From the NCBI GenBank assembly GCA_047619225.1, contig JBLHJX010000003.1, positions 4,294-68,293 of the forward strand: 64,000 nucleotides of DNA, in the 5' to 3' direction. This DNA is from Candidatus Latescibacterota bacterium. GTDB taxonomy: Bacteria; Latescibacterota; UBA2968. Both the position numbers and the translations under genes were made by a program. The notes beneath the pieces are model-generated. The model saw only the letters and a program-made list of their open reading frames with translations. It did not search any database and had not been told where the DNA came from. Of the stretch, positions 51,054 through 59,326 are shown piece by piece. Every line of letters starts with the position of its first letter. Position 1 is the stretch's first letter.

Positions 51054-52061
51054 ATGAAAATTTATATTATTAAAAGAATATTGGCTTTGGTGCCGACCTT
51101 GTTAGGCATTACTGTCTTGGTTTTTCTGATGGTGCATCTCGTTCCTGGTGACCCTGCACAGGTGATGTTGGGTGAGCGCGCCAGTGCTGAAACTTTGGAG
51201 GCATTGCGCCAAGACTTGGGATTAGATCAACCTTTACATGTGCAATTTGCGCGCTATTTGGGAGATCTGCTCCAGGGTGATTTCGGGCGATCGATCAAAT
51301 CTCGTGAGCGCATTTCTGCCGAATTAATTGCGCGCTTTCCTGCGACATTGGAATTGGCCTTGGTCAGTATGGTGCTGGCCTGTTTTATTGGCTTGGGGGC
51401 GGGTATCGTCTCGGCGATTCGGCGAAATACCGTTTGGGATTATGTGGGCATGACGGTTTCTTTGGCTGGGGTGTCTTTGCCGATTTTTTGGCTGGGTTTG
51501 ATGATGATTATGGTGTTTTCTGTGTGGTTGGGTTTGTTCCCCGTTTCCGGTCGGTTGAGTTCGCATGTGTTTGTGACTTCTGTCACTGGATTGTATTTGG
51601 TCGATAGTCTACTTGCGGGGGACCTGTTTGCTTTTGGGGACGCGTTGTGGCATCTGGTATTGCCCGGGATCACATTGGGAACCGTGCCTGCGGCGGTGAT
51701 TGTGCGCATGACCCGGTCGAGTTTGTTGGAGGTTTTACGTGAAGATTATGTGCGAACGGCCTGGGCAAAGGGGTTGTCAGAGCGTGTGGTGGTCCTTCGA
51801 CACGCGTTGCGCAATGCATTTATCCCGATATTGACCGTTATCAGTTTACAATTTGGGTATTTGTTAGGGGGCGCGGTGATGACGGAGTCTATTTTTGCCT
51901 GGCCGGGCTTGGGGCGCTGGTTGATAAATGCGGTTTATGCGCGTGATTTCCCTGCCATTCAGGGGGGGGTATTGTTGGTGGCCGCAACCTTTGTTATTGT
52001 CAATTTGGTTGCCGATTTGTTGTATGTGTGGCTCGATCCGAGAATTAAGTATGACGGATAG
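51054..52061 (+). CDS. ABC transporter permease (DppB/OppB-like)
   Basis: The N-terminus IIKRILALVPTLLGITVLVFLMVHLVPGDP is typical, and the EAA-like region is present. Confidence 0.9.
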   Translation: MKIYIIKRILALVPTLLGITVLVFLMVHLVPGDPAQVMLGERASAETLEALRQDLGLDQPLHVQFARYLGDLLQGDFGRSIKSRERISAELIARFPATLELALVSMVLACFIGLGAGIVSAIRRNTVWDYVGMTVSLAGVSLPIFWLGLMMIMVFSVWLGLFPVSGRLSSHVFVTSVTGLYLVDSLLAGDLFAFGDALWHLVLPGITLGTVPAAVIVRMTRSSLLEVLREDYVRTAWAKGLSERVVVLRHALRNAFIPILTVISLQFGYLLGGAVMTESIFAWPGLGRWLINAVYARDFPAIQGGVLLVAATFVIVNLVADLLYVWLDPRIKYDG

Positions 52062-52929
52062 TGTACTGACCAAAACCCCTTTATCGGGTCGGCATGAAAC
52101 TGTGGCGCAGATGTTATGGAAACGGTTGCGGAAGAATCGACTGGCTGTGGTGGGTGGGGTCTTGTTGGTCGGTTTTTTGTTTGTCGCCGTATTTGCACCT
52201 TTATTAACCCCTTATGATCCGTTGGCTCAAGATTTGTACAATCGATTGAAGCTGCCCTCATTGGACCATCCTTTTGGAACGGATGACTTTGGTCGCGATA
52301 TTTTGAGTCGGGTGATTTTTGGCTCGCGTATTTCGTTGCGCATTGGCCTGATTGCTGTGGTTATTGCGCTGACCTTGGGCACTGGTATTGGTTTGATTGC
52401 GGGGTATTGGGGTGGGGTGTTGGATCAGGTGTTGATGCGTTTGATGGATTTGGTGCTGGCATTTCCAAGTATTCTGTTGGCCATTGGCATTGTGGCTATT
52501 TTAGGGCCTGGTTTAGAAAATGCGATGTTGGCGATAGGGTTGGTGGCTGTGCCTCAATATGCGCGTTTGGTGCGTGCGTCTGCACTTTCTGTGAAAGAAA
52601 TGGATTATGTGCAGGCCTCTCGTGCCTTGGGGGCTGGGCATGCACGCATTTTGTTGGTTGCTGTTTTGCCAAATTGCTTGGCGCCGCTTATCGTGCAAGC
52701 CACATTGGGTTTGGCAACCGCCATCTTGGATGCGGCAGGTTTGAGTTTCCTGGGTCTTGGCGCACAGCCTCCCATCCCAGAATGGGGCGCCATGTTGAGT
52801 AATGGGCGCGAACTGATTGTGCGTGCGCCTTGGGTACTGACCTTTCCGGGCGTGGCCATTTTTTTTACCGTTTTGGCATTCAACTTATTTGGAGATGGCC
52901 TGCGTGACGCATTGGACCCAAAGTCTTGA
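52051..52929 (+). CDS. ABC transporter permease (DppC/OppC-like)
   Basis: HPFGTDDFGRDILSRVIFG is typical of the family. ATG 52051 overlaps the upstream gene by 11 nt. Confidence 0.9.
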   Translation: MTDSVLTKTPLSGRHETVAQMLWKRLRKNRLAVVGGVLLVGFLFVAVFAPLLTPYDPLAQDLYNRLKLPSLDHPFGTDDFGRDILSRVIFGSRISLRIGLIAVVIALTLGTGIGLIAGYWGGVLDQVLMRLMDLVLAFPSILLAIGIVAILGPGLENAMLAIGLVAVPQYARLVRASALSVKEMDYVQASRALGAGHARILLVAVLPNCLAPLIVQATLGLATAILDAAGLSFLGLGAQPPIPEWGAMLSNGRELIVRAPWVLTFPGVAIFFTVLAFNLFGDGLRDALDPKS

Positions 52930-53042
52930 TAATACTTGATATATGGCATAGTTGTTATTAGCTAATTTTATGGGTAAATATATCTTATAAAGCCACCCTT
53001 AAATTTGGTGATTTTCTACCTCTTTTCTTAGTCTTCCATGGG

Positions 53043-53071
53043 TTGACTTTCAACTTTTCATTGTCTATATT
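53043..53071 (+). promoter_or_regulatory. Strong sigma-70-type promoter of an orphan small transcription unit
   Basis: TTGACT-17 nt-TATATT lies in an AT-rich spacer. Confidence 0.55.
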
Positions 53072-53077
53072 GGGTTT

Positions 53078-53332
53078 ACACAGAAAGGAGGTGGTCGGAT
53101 GATAGAAAAGACTAGTGGAGGTGACTGTCGTTAGGTGCGCCTGCCAGGAGCGGGATAAAGATCTCGAATGGTAGCGCACCTGGCAATCCAAGGCAGTGAC
53201 CGAAACGGCCGTTATTCACCGATTTGGCGGTTTTTAAAGCCGTGAGGTGAAAACAGCTGTAATATTATGAAGTATCTTGCGCCGCACGAAGATATACACC
53301 CATCTGGGTGTCCCGTCGTGCGGCGCTTTTTG
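53078..53332 (+). ncRNA. Candidate ~255-nt structured small RNA or leader, identity unresolved, containing an 11-codon micro-ORF
   Basis: The unit is bounded by the promoter above and a strong intrinsic terminator. AAAGGAGGTG-5 nt-ATG at 53099 encodes MIEKTSGGDCR. Mutually exclusive pairings are visible: AGGTGCGC/GCGCACCT versus TGCCAGG/CCTGGCA. A CGGGAT-AAAG-ATCTCG hairpin is also present. Confidence 0.35.
53279..53332 (+). terminator. Rho-independent terminator
   Basis: An 11-bp GC-rich stem GCGCCGCACGA/TCGTGCGGCGC encloses an inner ACACCC/GGGTGT helix and is followed by TTTTT. Confidence 0.8.
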
Positions 53333-53451
53333 TTGTAAAATTACGAACGTCAAATGACGACTGGGAAATGGGACAAAATCCCTAAATTTGAGGGCAGAGC
53401 TGGGTTCTCTCACTGTTTCAAGTTTGCCCATTTACCGGATTAGGTTCCTTC

Positions 53452-53480
53452 TTGACAAAAGATATATCTTTCTGTACTTT
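53452..53480 (+). promoter_or_regulatory. Candidate promoter of rplM-rpsI
   Basis: TTGACA-17 nt-TACTTT. An alternative -10 (TACAAT) lies at 53489-53494. Confidence 0.45.
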
Positions 53481-53521
53481 AAAAGGCTTACAATAAAATC
53501 TATTCTAAATACAGAGAGGAG

Positions 53522-53995
53522 GTGAACGGTCGCGTTGCAGTTATTGACGCGGTTAATCCTATGATGATGACACCAAGTGCAAAAAACGAAGAAGTTGAAC
53601 ACGCCTGGTTTGTTGCCGACGCCGAGGGTAAGATATTGGGGCGTTTTGCCAGTGAAGTTGCCAAAATTTTACGCGGCAAACACAAGGCTATTTTTACCCC
53701 CCATGTTGATACGGGTGACCATGTTGTGATTATTAATGCCGACAAGATTCAGGTCAAAGGCGTAAATAAACCTCAGCAAAAAGTTTATACCCGTTACAGT
53801 GGCTATCCGGGTGGTTTGAAGAAGCAGACGTATGCAGATGCACTCGAAAAACGTCCGACATTTGTGCTCGAACACGCTATTAAAGGCATGTTGCCACATA
53901 ACAGGTTGGGGCGGCAGATTATTAAGAAGTTGCGGATTTATGCGGGTGGCGAACACCCCCACGAAGCACAAAACCCACAGATATTGGAAGTTTAA
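53522..53995 (+). CDS. rplM: 50S ribosomal protein L13
   Basis: It contains [27 protein letters not shown]...[15 protein letters not shown]. The start is uncertain: GTG 53522 sits inside the SD sequence, and ATG 53561 gives a canonical-length N-terminus (MMMTPSAK...). Confidence 0.9.
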   Translation: MNGRVAVIDAVNPMMMTPSAKNEEVEHAWFVADAEGKILGRFASEVAKILRGKHKAIFTPHVDTGDHVVIINADKIQVKGVNKPQQKVYTRYSGYPGGLKKQTYADALEKRPTFVLEHAIKGMLPHNRLGRQIIKKLRIYAGGEHPHEAQNPQILEV

Positions 53996-54020
53996 GGTCA
54001 TTTTTAACGTTTGAGAGGAG

Positions 54021-54422
54021 GTGACAAGTTTGGCTGATGTATTGACTTCTGCTACAGGGCGCCGTAAAAGTTCGACGGCCCATGTTAAGCTGACACCTGG
54101 TGATGGACAAATTACCATCAATGGTCTTTCTGCTTTGAATTATTTAAAGCGCGAGACATTGGTGATGATTATTGAACAACCCCTTGAAGTGACAGAGTCT
54201 AAGGGCACGTATGATATTACAGCTACGACTCGGGGTGGTGGTTTGACCGGTCAGGCTGGTGCGGTGCGTTTGGGTATTGCACGCAGTTTGCGCGCTTTAA
54301 ATGAAGACCACCGCAAAGCTCTGCGTGGTGCAGGTTTGTTGACACGTGATCCACGTGAAGTTGAACGCAAAAAACCTGGGCAACCTGGTGCGCGTAAAAA
54401 GTTCCAATTCTCGAAGCGCTAG
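54021..54422 (+). CDS. rpsI: 30S ribosomal protein S9
   Basis: It contains ATGRRKSSTAHVKL...GGGLTGQAGAVRLGIARSL...RKKFQFSKR. The likely true start is TTG 54030, 5 nt after the extended SD. Confidence 0.95.
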   Translation: MTSLADVLTSATGRRKSSTAHVKLTPGDGQITINGLSALNYLKRETLVMIIEQPLEVTESKGTYDITATTRGGGLTGQAGAVRLGIARSLRALNEDHRKALRGAGLLTRDPREVERKKPGQPGARKKFQFSKR

Positions 54423-54539
54423 AATACGGCTTCAAATCCCTCATGTATTTCTGATTGTGATTCGGGTGCTGTGTGTTAAAGACCAGCAGAATCACAAAAT
54501 GACGAATACAGTGGTTTCAACCCAGATGGTGGAGGTTTC

Positions 54540-55307
54540 ATGGCAGTTGTCTCAATGAAGCAGTTGTTGGAGGCCGGGGTTCACTTCGGGCATCAGACCC
54601 GACGTTGGAACCCCAAGATGAAAAAATTTATTTTTACAGAACGCAATGGCATCTACATTCTCGATTTGCAAAAGACGTTGGTATTGATTGAGGAAGCCTA
54701 CAAGGTGGTGCGCGAAGCTGCAGAAACGGGTCGTCCTATTTTGTTTGTGGGCACCAAGAAACAGGCCAGCAAAATTGTTGCTGATGCTGCAGAGCGAGCC
54801 AATATGTTTTTTGTGAATCATCGCTGGCTTGGTGGCATGCTGACCAACTTTCAGACGATTCGGCAAAGTATTCGCCGGTTAGATTCGCTTGATAAAATGG
54901 CTGAGGACGGCACGTTCGAGCAATTGACCAAAAAGGAAGTTCTGCGCATAGATCGGGAACGAACTAAGTTGCAACTTTCTCTGGGTGGTATACGCAAGAT
55001 GGGGCGTTTGCCCTGCTTGATTTTTATTGTGGATACAAAAAAAGAGCGTATTGCGGTTGCAGAAGCGCATCGCTTAGAAATCCCAATTGTGGCTATGATT
55101 GATACCAACTGTGATCCAGATGAAATTGATCACCCGATTCCAGGTAATGACGATGCCATTCGGTCGGTCAAGTTGATTTCAGAGTTGATGGCTACGGCAA
55201 TTCTTGAAGGCACAACAGCCAAAGAAGGTGCAGAGGAAGAGGTCTCGCCCGTTATTAGTGAAGGCGACGCACCCGAAATTACTGAAATAGACGCTAATAA
55301 TAATTAA
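54540..55307 (+). CDS. rpsB: 30S ribosomal protein S2
   Basis: It contains [22 protein letters not shown]...[13 protein letters not shown] lies upstream. Confidence 0.95.
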   Translation: MAVVSMKQLLEAGVHFGHQTRRWNPKMKKFIFTERNGIYILDLQKTLVLIEEAYKVVREAAETGRPILFVGTKKQASKIVADAAERANMFFVNHRWLGGMLTNFQTIRQSIRRLDSLDKMAEDGTFEQLTKKEVLRIDRERTKLQLSLGGIRKMGRLPCLIFIVDTKKERIAVAEAHRLEIPIVAMIDTNCDPDEIDHPIPGNDDAIRSVKLISELMATAILEGTTAKEGAEEEVSPVISEGDAPEITEIDANNN

Positions 55308-55333
55308 TTAAGCCTCCAACGGAGATGAGAAAC

Positions 55334-55933
55334 ATGGCAATTTCTGCAAAGATGGTTTCGGAACTCCGAGCCAAAACCAATGTTGGAATGATGGATTGTA
55401 AAAAAGCACTTGAAGAAGCCGATGGCGACATGAGTAAAGCTATTGACGTGTTGCGCAAACGCGGTATCGCAAAAGCCGAGAGCCGATCTGGACGCGAAGC
55501 CAAAGAGGGCGGGGTTTTTGCCTATATTCACGCCGGTGGCAAATTGGGTGTGATGCTTGAAGTGAACAGCGAAACAGATTTTGTGGCACGAACGGATGAG
55601 TTCCAAGAATTCTGTAAAGATGTGGCAATGCATATTGCTGCTGCGAGCCCTTTGGTGGTTAGCAGAGAGAACTTAGACGAAGCGGTTTTAGACAAAGAGA
55701 AAGAGATTTATCGGGCACAGGCTCTGACAGAGGGTAAACCCGAACCAGTGGTTGAAAAAATCGTTCAAGGTCGTGTAGAAAAATATTATCAGGAAGTGGC
55801 ATTACTAGAACAACCTTTTGTGAAAAACCCCGACCAGACGGTCAAGGATTTGCTTGCCGACCTCGTGGCCAAATGCGGTGAAAATTTAACCATTCGTCGA
55901 TTTGAACGCTTTGTTTTGGGTGAAGAAAGTTAG
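55334..55933 (+). CDS. tsf: Translation elongation factor Ts (short form, 199 aa)
   Basis: It contains ISAKMVSELRAKTNVGMMDCKKALEEADGDMSKAIDVLRKRG and EVNSETDFVA. Confidence 0.95.
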   Translation: MAISAKMVSELRAKTNVGMMDCKKALEEADGDMSKAIDVLRKRGIAKAESRSGREAKEGGVFAYIHAGGKLGVMLEVNSETDFVARTDEFQEFCKDVAMHIAAASPLVVSRENLDEAVLDKEKEIYRAQALTEGKPEPVVEKIVQGRVEKYYQEVALLEQPFVKNPDQTVKDLLADLVAKCGENLTIRRFERFVLGEES

Positions 55934-55951
55934 AATTATTCTGGTGGATAA

Positions 55952-55986
55952 AAAACGGCAGACACTATGTGTCTGCCGTTTTGTTT
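55952..55986 (+). terminator. Rho-independent terminator between tsf and frr
   Basis: A perfect stem AAAACGGCAGACAC/GTGTCTGCCGTTTT has a 3-nt loop and a T-rich tail. Confidence 0.8.
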
Positions 55987-56008
55987 ATCAAGAGTGAGGG
56001 AGGTCGTT

Positions 56009-56566
56009 ATGGTCAATGACATTCTGGCGGATGCAAAAGATTCGATGCAAAAAGCTGTGGAAGCGCTGCTTCACGAATTGGCGACGGTTCGTACAGGACG
56101 TGCAAGCACGCATTTGTTGGATCAAATTCGCGTGGACTATTATGGCTCGCAGGTGCCTGTTAGTCAAGTGGCCAATGTGGGTGCACCTGAGCCCCGTTTG
56201 ATTACCATTGCACCTTGGGACAAGACGTCGATTCCATTGATTGAAAAGGCGATTCAAGAGTCGAAACTTGGGTTGAATCCTTCTAATGATGGCAATATGA
56301 TCCGGTTGCCAATTCCTCAACTAACAGAAGATCGGCGCAAGGAATTGGTGAAGATTGTGCGTCAATACGGTGAAGAATGTCGTGTATCGATTCGCAATCA
56401 TCGGCGGGATGCAAATGAGTTGCTTAAAGCGGGTCAAAAAGAGGGTGAGATCCCCGAAGATGACGCCAAGCGCGCATCTGATCAGGTGCAAGTGTTGACA
56501 GATGGTTTTGTCAAACAGATTGAAAGTGTGTTAAAAGATAAAGAAGAAGAGGTTATGGAAGTTTAG
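56009..56566 (+). CDS. frr: Ribosome recycling factor
   Basis: It contains DSMQKAVEALLHELATVRTGRAS..LLD.I.VDYYG and RRDANE. GGGAGG precedes ATG 56009. Confidence 0.95.
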   Translation: MVNDILADAKDSMQKAVEALLHELATVRTGRASTHLLDQIRVDYYGSQVPVSQVANVGAPEPRLITIAPWDKTSIPLIEKAIQESKLGLNPSNDGNMIRLPIPQLTEDRRKELVKIVRQYGEECRVSIRNHRRDANELLKAGQKEGEIPEDDAKRASDQVQVLTDGFVKQIESVLKDKEEEVMEV

Positions 56567-56605
56567 GGGCGGTGAGATCTGATATCTCATTTTATTTATG
56601 ATTTA

Positions 56606-56645
56606 AAAAGCCATTTCCGGGCGTGTATCGGAGGTGGCTTTTTTG
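56606..56645 (+). terminator. Rho-independent terminator after frr
   Basis: The stem AAAAGCCA/TGGCTTTT encloses an inner TCCG/CGGA helix and has a T-run. A weaker hairpin (TGAGAT/ATCTCA plus TTTTATTT) lies at 56573-56597. Confidence 0.6.
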
Positions 56646-56807
56646 TGTACGATCGTGCCAGAGTAAAGTACAAAGATCAGAGGATTGATTGGGTCAGTTT
56701 TTATGTTGGTTTTTGGTCTTTGACTTTTGTGGGGGGAGTTTATATTTTTACCTTCAGGTTTTTTAAGCGATTGGAAAGTTTATAGATGAGAAAGGATTGA
56801 GCTCTAG

Positions 56808-58034
56808 ATGGCAAAGATTAATGCAAATTATGATAAGTTGGCAGCTGGGTATTTGTTTCCTGAAATTGCGCGGCGAACCCGCATGTTTGTGGATGCCAAT
56901 GCAGGTGTTAGCGTGATGCGATTGGGCATTGGCAATACGACGGAGGTCTTGCCCAAGAGTGTTATTGCTGGTTTACACGATGCGGTTGACCAGATGGCCA
57001 AGGTAGAAACATATCGGGGATATGCCGATGGCGGGGAAGGTGAGCCCGAGATGCGTGAAGCATTGGCCAAACGGTATGGTAAAAGGGGCGTGGATCTTGA
57101 TCCGTCGGAAATTTTTGTAAGCGATGGTGGCAAGCCCGATTCAGCGAATATTCAATCTATCTTTGGGTTAGACAATGTGGTGGCTGTACAAGACCCTGCT
57201 TATCCGGTGTATGTAGACAGCAATGTGATTGCTGGGCGTACCGGTTTGGCCAAAGATGGGCAATATGAAGGGCTTGTTTATATGCCTTGCACAGAGGAAA
57301 ATGGTTTTTTCCCTGCGGTGCCCGACCAGAAAGTAGATCTCATTTATATTTGTAGCCCAAACAACCCAACAGGCGCGGTGGCAACCAAAGAACAGCTTGG
57401 GGCGTTTGTAGATTATGCACGCGCGCACAAAGCCGTCATTATATTTGATGCAGCCTATGGGGGCTATATTTCTGACCCTGCGCTGCCCAAGAGTATTTAT
57501 GAAATTGAGGGCGCTAAAGAATGTGCGGTTGAGATCAATAGCTTTTCGAAGGATACTGGGTTCACGGGTGTCCGATTGGGATGGAGTGTTGTGCCAAAAG
57601 AATTGGTGGTTGAAGGCACAGAGCCAGGAAAAGTAAATGCACTTTGGAATCGCAGACAGAACACCTTTTTTAATGGGGCTTCAAATATTGTTCAGCTGGG
57701 TGCCTTGGCTGTCTTTACGGAAGCCGGTGAACGTGAGTGTGATGAGATGATTGCGTATTATATGGAAAATGCGCGTATTATTCGCGAAAGTTTGGAAAGC
57801 ATTGGGCTGACCGTGTTTGGTGGTGTTCACGCGCCTTATTTGTGGTTGAAAACGCCCAATGGTTTGTCATCTTGGGAGTTCTTTGATAAGCTGCTTTCTG
57901 AAACACATGTGGTAGGCACACCGGGGGCTGGTTTTGGTCCTGCGGGTGAAGGTTACTTCCGCCTGAGTTCCTTTGGGCACCGTGAGAATATTCAAACGGC
58001 TGTTGAAAGTATCAAGGCAAATTTGAAACTGTAA
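56808..58034 (+). CDS. dapL: LL-diaminopimelate aminotransferase
   Basis: [20 protein letters not shown]...[11 protein letters not shown], the SFSK pyridoxal-Lys region and the 408-aa length match DapL. A TTGACT promoter candidate lies at 56720-56748. Confidence 0.85.
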   Translation: MAKINANYDKLAAGYLFPEIARRTRMFVDANAGVSVMRLGIGNTTEVLPKSVIAGLHDAVDQMAKVETYRGYADGGEGEPEMREALAKRYGKRGVDLDPSEIFVSDGGKPDSANIQSIFGLDNVVAVQDPAYPVYVDSNVIAGRTGLAKDGQYEGLVYMPCTEENGFFPAVPDQKVDLIYICSPNNPTGAVATKEQLGAFVDYARAHKAVIIFDAAYGGYISDPALPKSIYEIEGAKECAVEINSFSKDTGFTGVRLGWSVVPKELVVEGTEPGKVNALWNRRQNTFFNGASNIVQLGALAVFTEAGERECDEMIAYYMENARIIRESLESIGLTVFGGVHAPYLWLKTPNGLSSWEFFDKLLSETHVVGTPGAGFGPAGEGYFRLSSFGHRENIQTAVESIKANLKL

Positions 58035-58040
58035 TCACTT

Positions 58041-58078
58041 TACCCTCTTCCAGAAATTGGAAGGGGGTATCATGTTTT
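58041..58078 (+). terminator. Probable terminator after dapL
   Basis: A 12-bp stem TACCCTCTTCCA/TGGAAGGGGGTA (one G-U pair) has a 5-nt loop. The tail TCATGTTTT is imperfect. Confidence 0.5.
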
Positions 58079-58175
58079 GGTTCCGGGTTTAGGACCATGC
58101 TTGTTTGGACTTATAGGCGCTGCCTCTAACGAGCGGAGCGAACACCTTTAGTGAAGACTAGACGAGGGCATATAT

Positions 58176-59120
58176 ATGACGCACCTATTTTCCCACATTT
58201 GTATATGCCTATTATTAGGTGGTGGTTCGGCTTGGGCGCAGACACATGTGTCGTTTGAATATGTGACAACGATTGGCGGGCGGGGCAATGGACCTCGGCA
58301 ATTTTTGGAGCCGAATGCATTGACGCTGGACATGGCTGGGAATTTATATGTGGCCGATACGGGCAATGATCGGATTCAGAAGCTGAAAGCCGATGGTACT
58401 TTTCTGCGCGAGGCTGGTGGATTTGGTTGGGATGATGGTCAGTTTAACAAACCCACGGGCATTGCTGTGGGAAAAGGTTTGGAATTGTATGTGGCCGACA
58501 GCCGCAATCACCGCATTCAGATTTATAATTTGCAGTTGTTGTTGATGGGGGTTATTGGCGGTCAAGGTACGGATGGCTCACCTGAGTTTGGTGAGTTAAG
58601 CCGCGTGAATGTGTCGGATGCAGGTGAAGTTTTTGTGACCGATTTGGATGCCGATCAGTTGGTTCAGATTGATCGGTTTAGTCGTATTGATCGCGGTTAT
58701 AGTGGTTTTGCCTATGACAGGGGGCAGGTGCGTCGTCCTATGGGTATTGCGGTTGATGGGCGAGATGCTGTGTATGTGTGCGATCGTGAAAATGACCGTG
58801 TGGTGGTGTTCAATCGCTCAGGTGGGTTAAAACGCACTTTGGGTGACGACGTATTGGTGGCGCCACGGGGTTTGTGTTTGACACCTGACAGATTGCTGGT
58901 TGTTGCCGATACGGGGCATCATCGCATCGTGGTTTTTGATATGAAGACCGGTGATGTGGTTGGGCATATTGGTGGGCCGGACCCTGGAAAAGGTCCCTTG
59001 TCATTTCATAACCCCAATGATGTGGTATTTGGTAAGGCTGGTGCGCTCTTTGTGTTGGATTCTGGCAACCATCGCATTGTACATTTGAAAATGCAGGTTT
59101 CAAGACACGAGAAGCAGTGA
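58176..59120 (+). CDS. Secreted NHL-repeat (six-bladed beta-propeller) protein
   Basis: It has a signal peptide (LLLGGGSAWA) and repeated units of the form G.F..P.GIAVD..G.LYVAD..NHRIQ. Confidence 0.85.
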   Translation: MTHLFSHICICLLLGGGSAWAQTHVSFEYVTTIGGRGNGPRQFLEPNALTLDMAGNLYVADTGNDRIQKLKADGTFLREAGGFGWDDGQFNKPTGIAVGKGLELYVADSRNHRIQIYNLQLLLMGVIGGQGTDGSPEFGELSRVNVSDAGEVFVTDLDADQLVQIDRFSRIDRGYSGFAYDRGQVRRPMGIAVDGRDAVYVCDRENDRVVVFNRSGGLKRTLGDDVLVAPRGLCLTPDRLLVVADTGHHRIVVFDMKTGDVVGHIGGPDPGKGPLSFHNPNDVVFGKAGALFVLDSGNHRIVHLKMQVSRHEKQ

Positions 59121-59180
59121 GACATAAGACATAAGACGTGAGACGTAAGATGTGAGACCTGCGATGTGAGACGTTTAGAT
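59117..59180. repeat. Degenerate tandem heptamer repeat (consensus GTRAGAC, 9 units)
   Basis: GTGAGAC ATAAGAC ATAAGAC GTGAGAC GTAAGAT GTGAGAC CTGCGAT GTGAGAC GTTTAGAT. It starts within the stop codon of the NHL gene. Confidence 0.85.
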
Positions 59181-59227
59181 GTAATTTTTGCCTCTTAGGT
59201 CTTGCCCTTTATCGATATTATATTGCC

Positions 59228-59259
59228 GGGATGTCCCAATGAGGGATATCCCTTTTTTT
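59228..59259 (+). terminator. Rho-independent terminator
   Basis: A 10-bp stem GGGATGTCCC/GGGATATCCC (one G-U pair) has a 5-nt loop and is followed by TTTTTTT. Confidence 0.8.
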
Positions 59260-59282
59260 AAAGTATGAAGTTGACACATTGT

Positions 59283-59296
59283 AGACGTATACGTCT
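59283..59296. promoter_or_regulatory. Perfect 14-bp palindrome just downstream of a TTGACA hexamer, a candidate operator of the outer-membrane gene pair
   Basis: AGACGTA|TACGTCT. TTGACA lies at 59271-59276. The AGACGT half-site also recurs in the heptamer repeat upstream. Confidence 0.35.
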
Positions 59297-59326
59297 GGAC
59301 AACAACAAACGAGAATCCCCAAATAC

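Noticed and set aside
53133-53215. SRP (4.5S/ffs) RNA, suggested by the string CCAAGGCAGTGAC, which resembles E. coli 4.5S CCAAGGCAGAUGAC.
   Set aside because: The diagnostic helix-8 elements (GGAA tetraloop closed by ...GGUCC/GGAAGCAGCC) are absent, and the surrounding pairing does not reproduce the SRP hairpin. I also found no match by eye to cobalamin, TPP, SAM, glmS, RNase P, tmRNA or 6S signatures.
52985-53431. The minus-strand ORFs of 65-68 aa in the rplM-upstream spacer.
   Set aside because: Their composition is not protein-like and they have no SD. They overlap a plus-strand promoter-to-terminator unit that explains the region better.
59117-59180. A CRISPR array or other spacer-repeat structure.
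   Set aside because: The units are 7 nt, contiguous and degenerate, with no unique spacers and no cas genes in the window. The same reasoning applies to the octamer repeat at 10322-10349.
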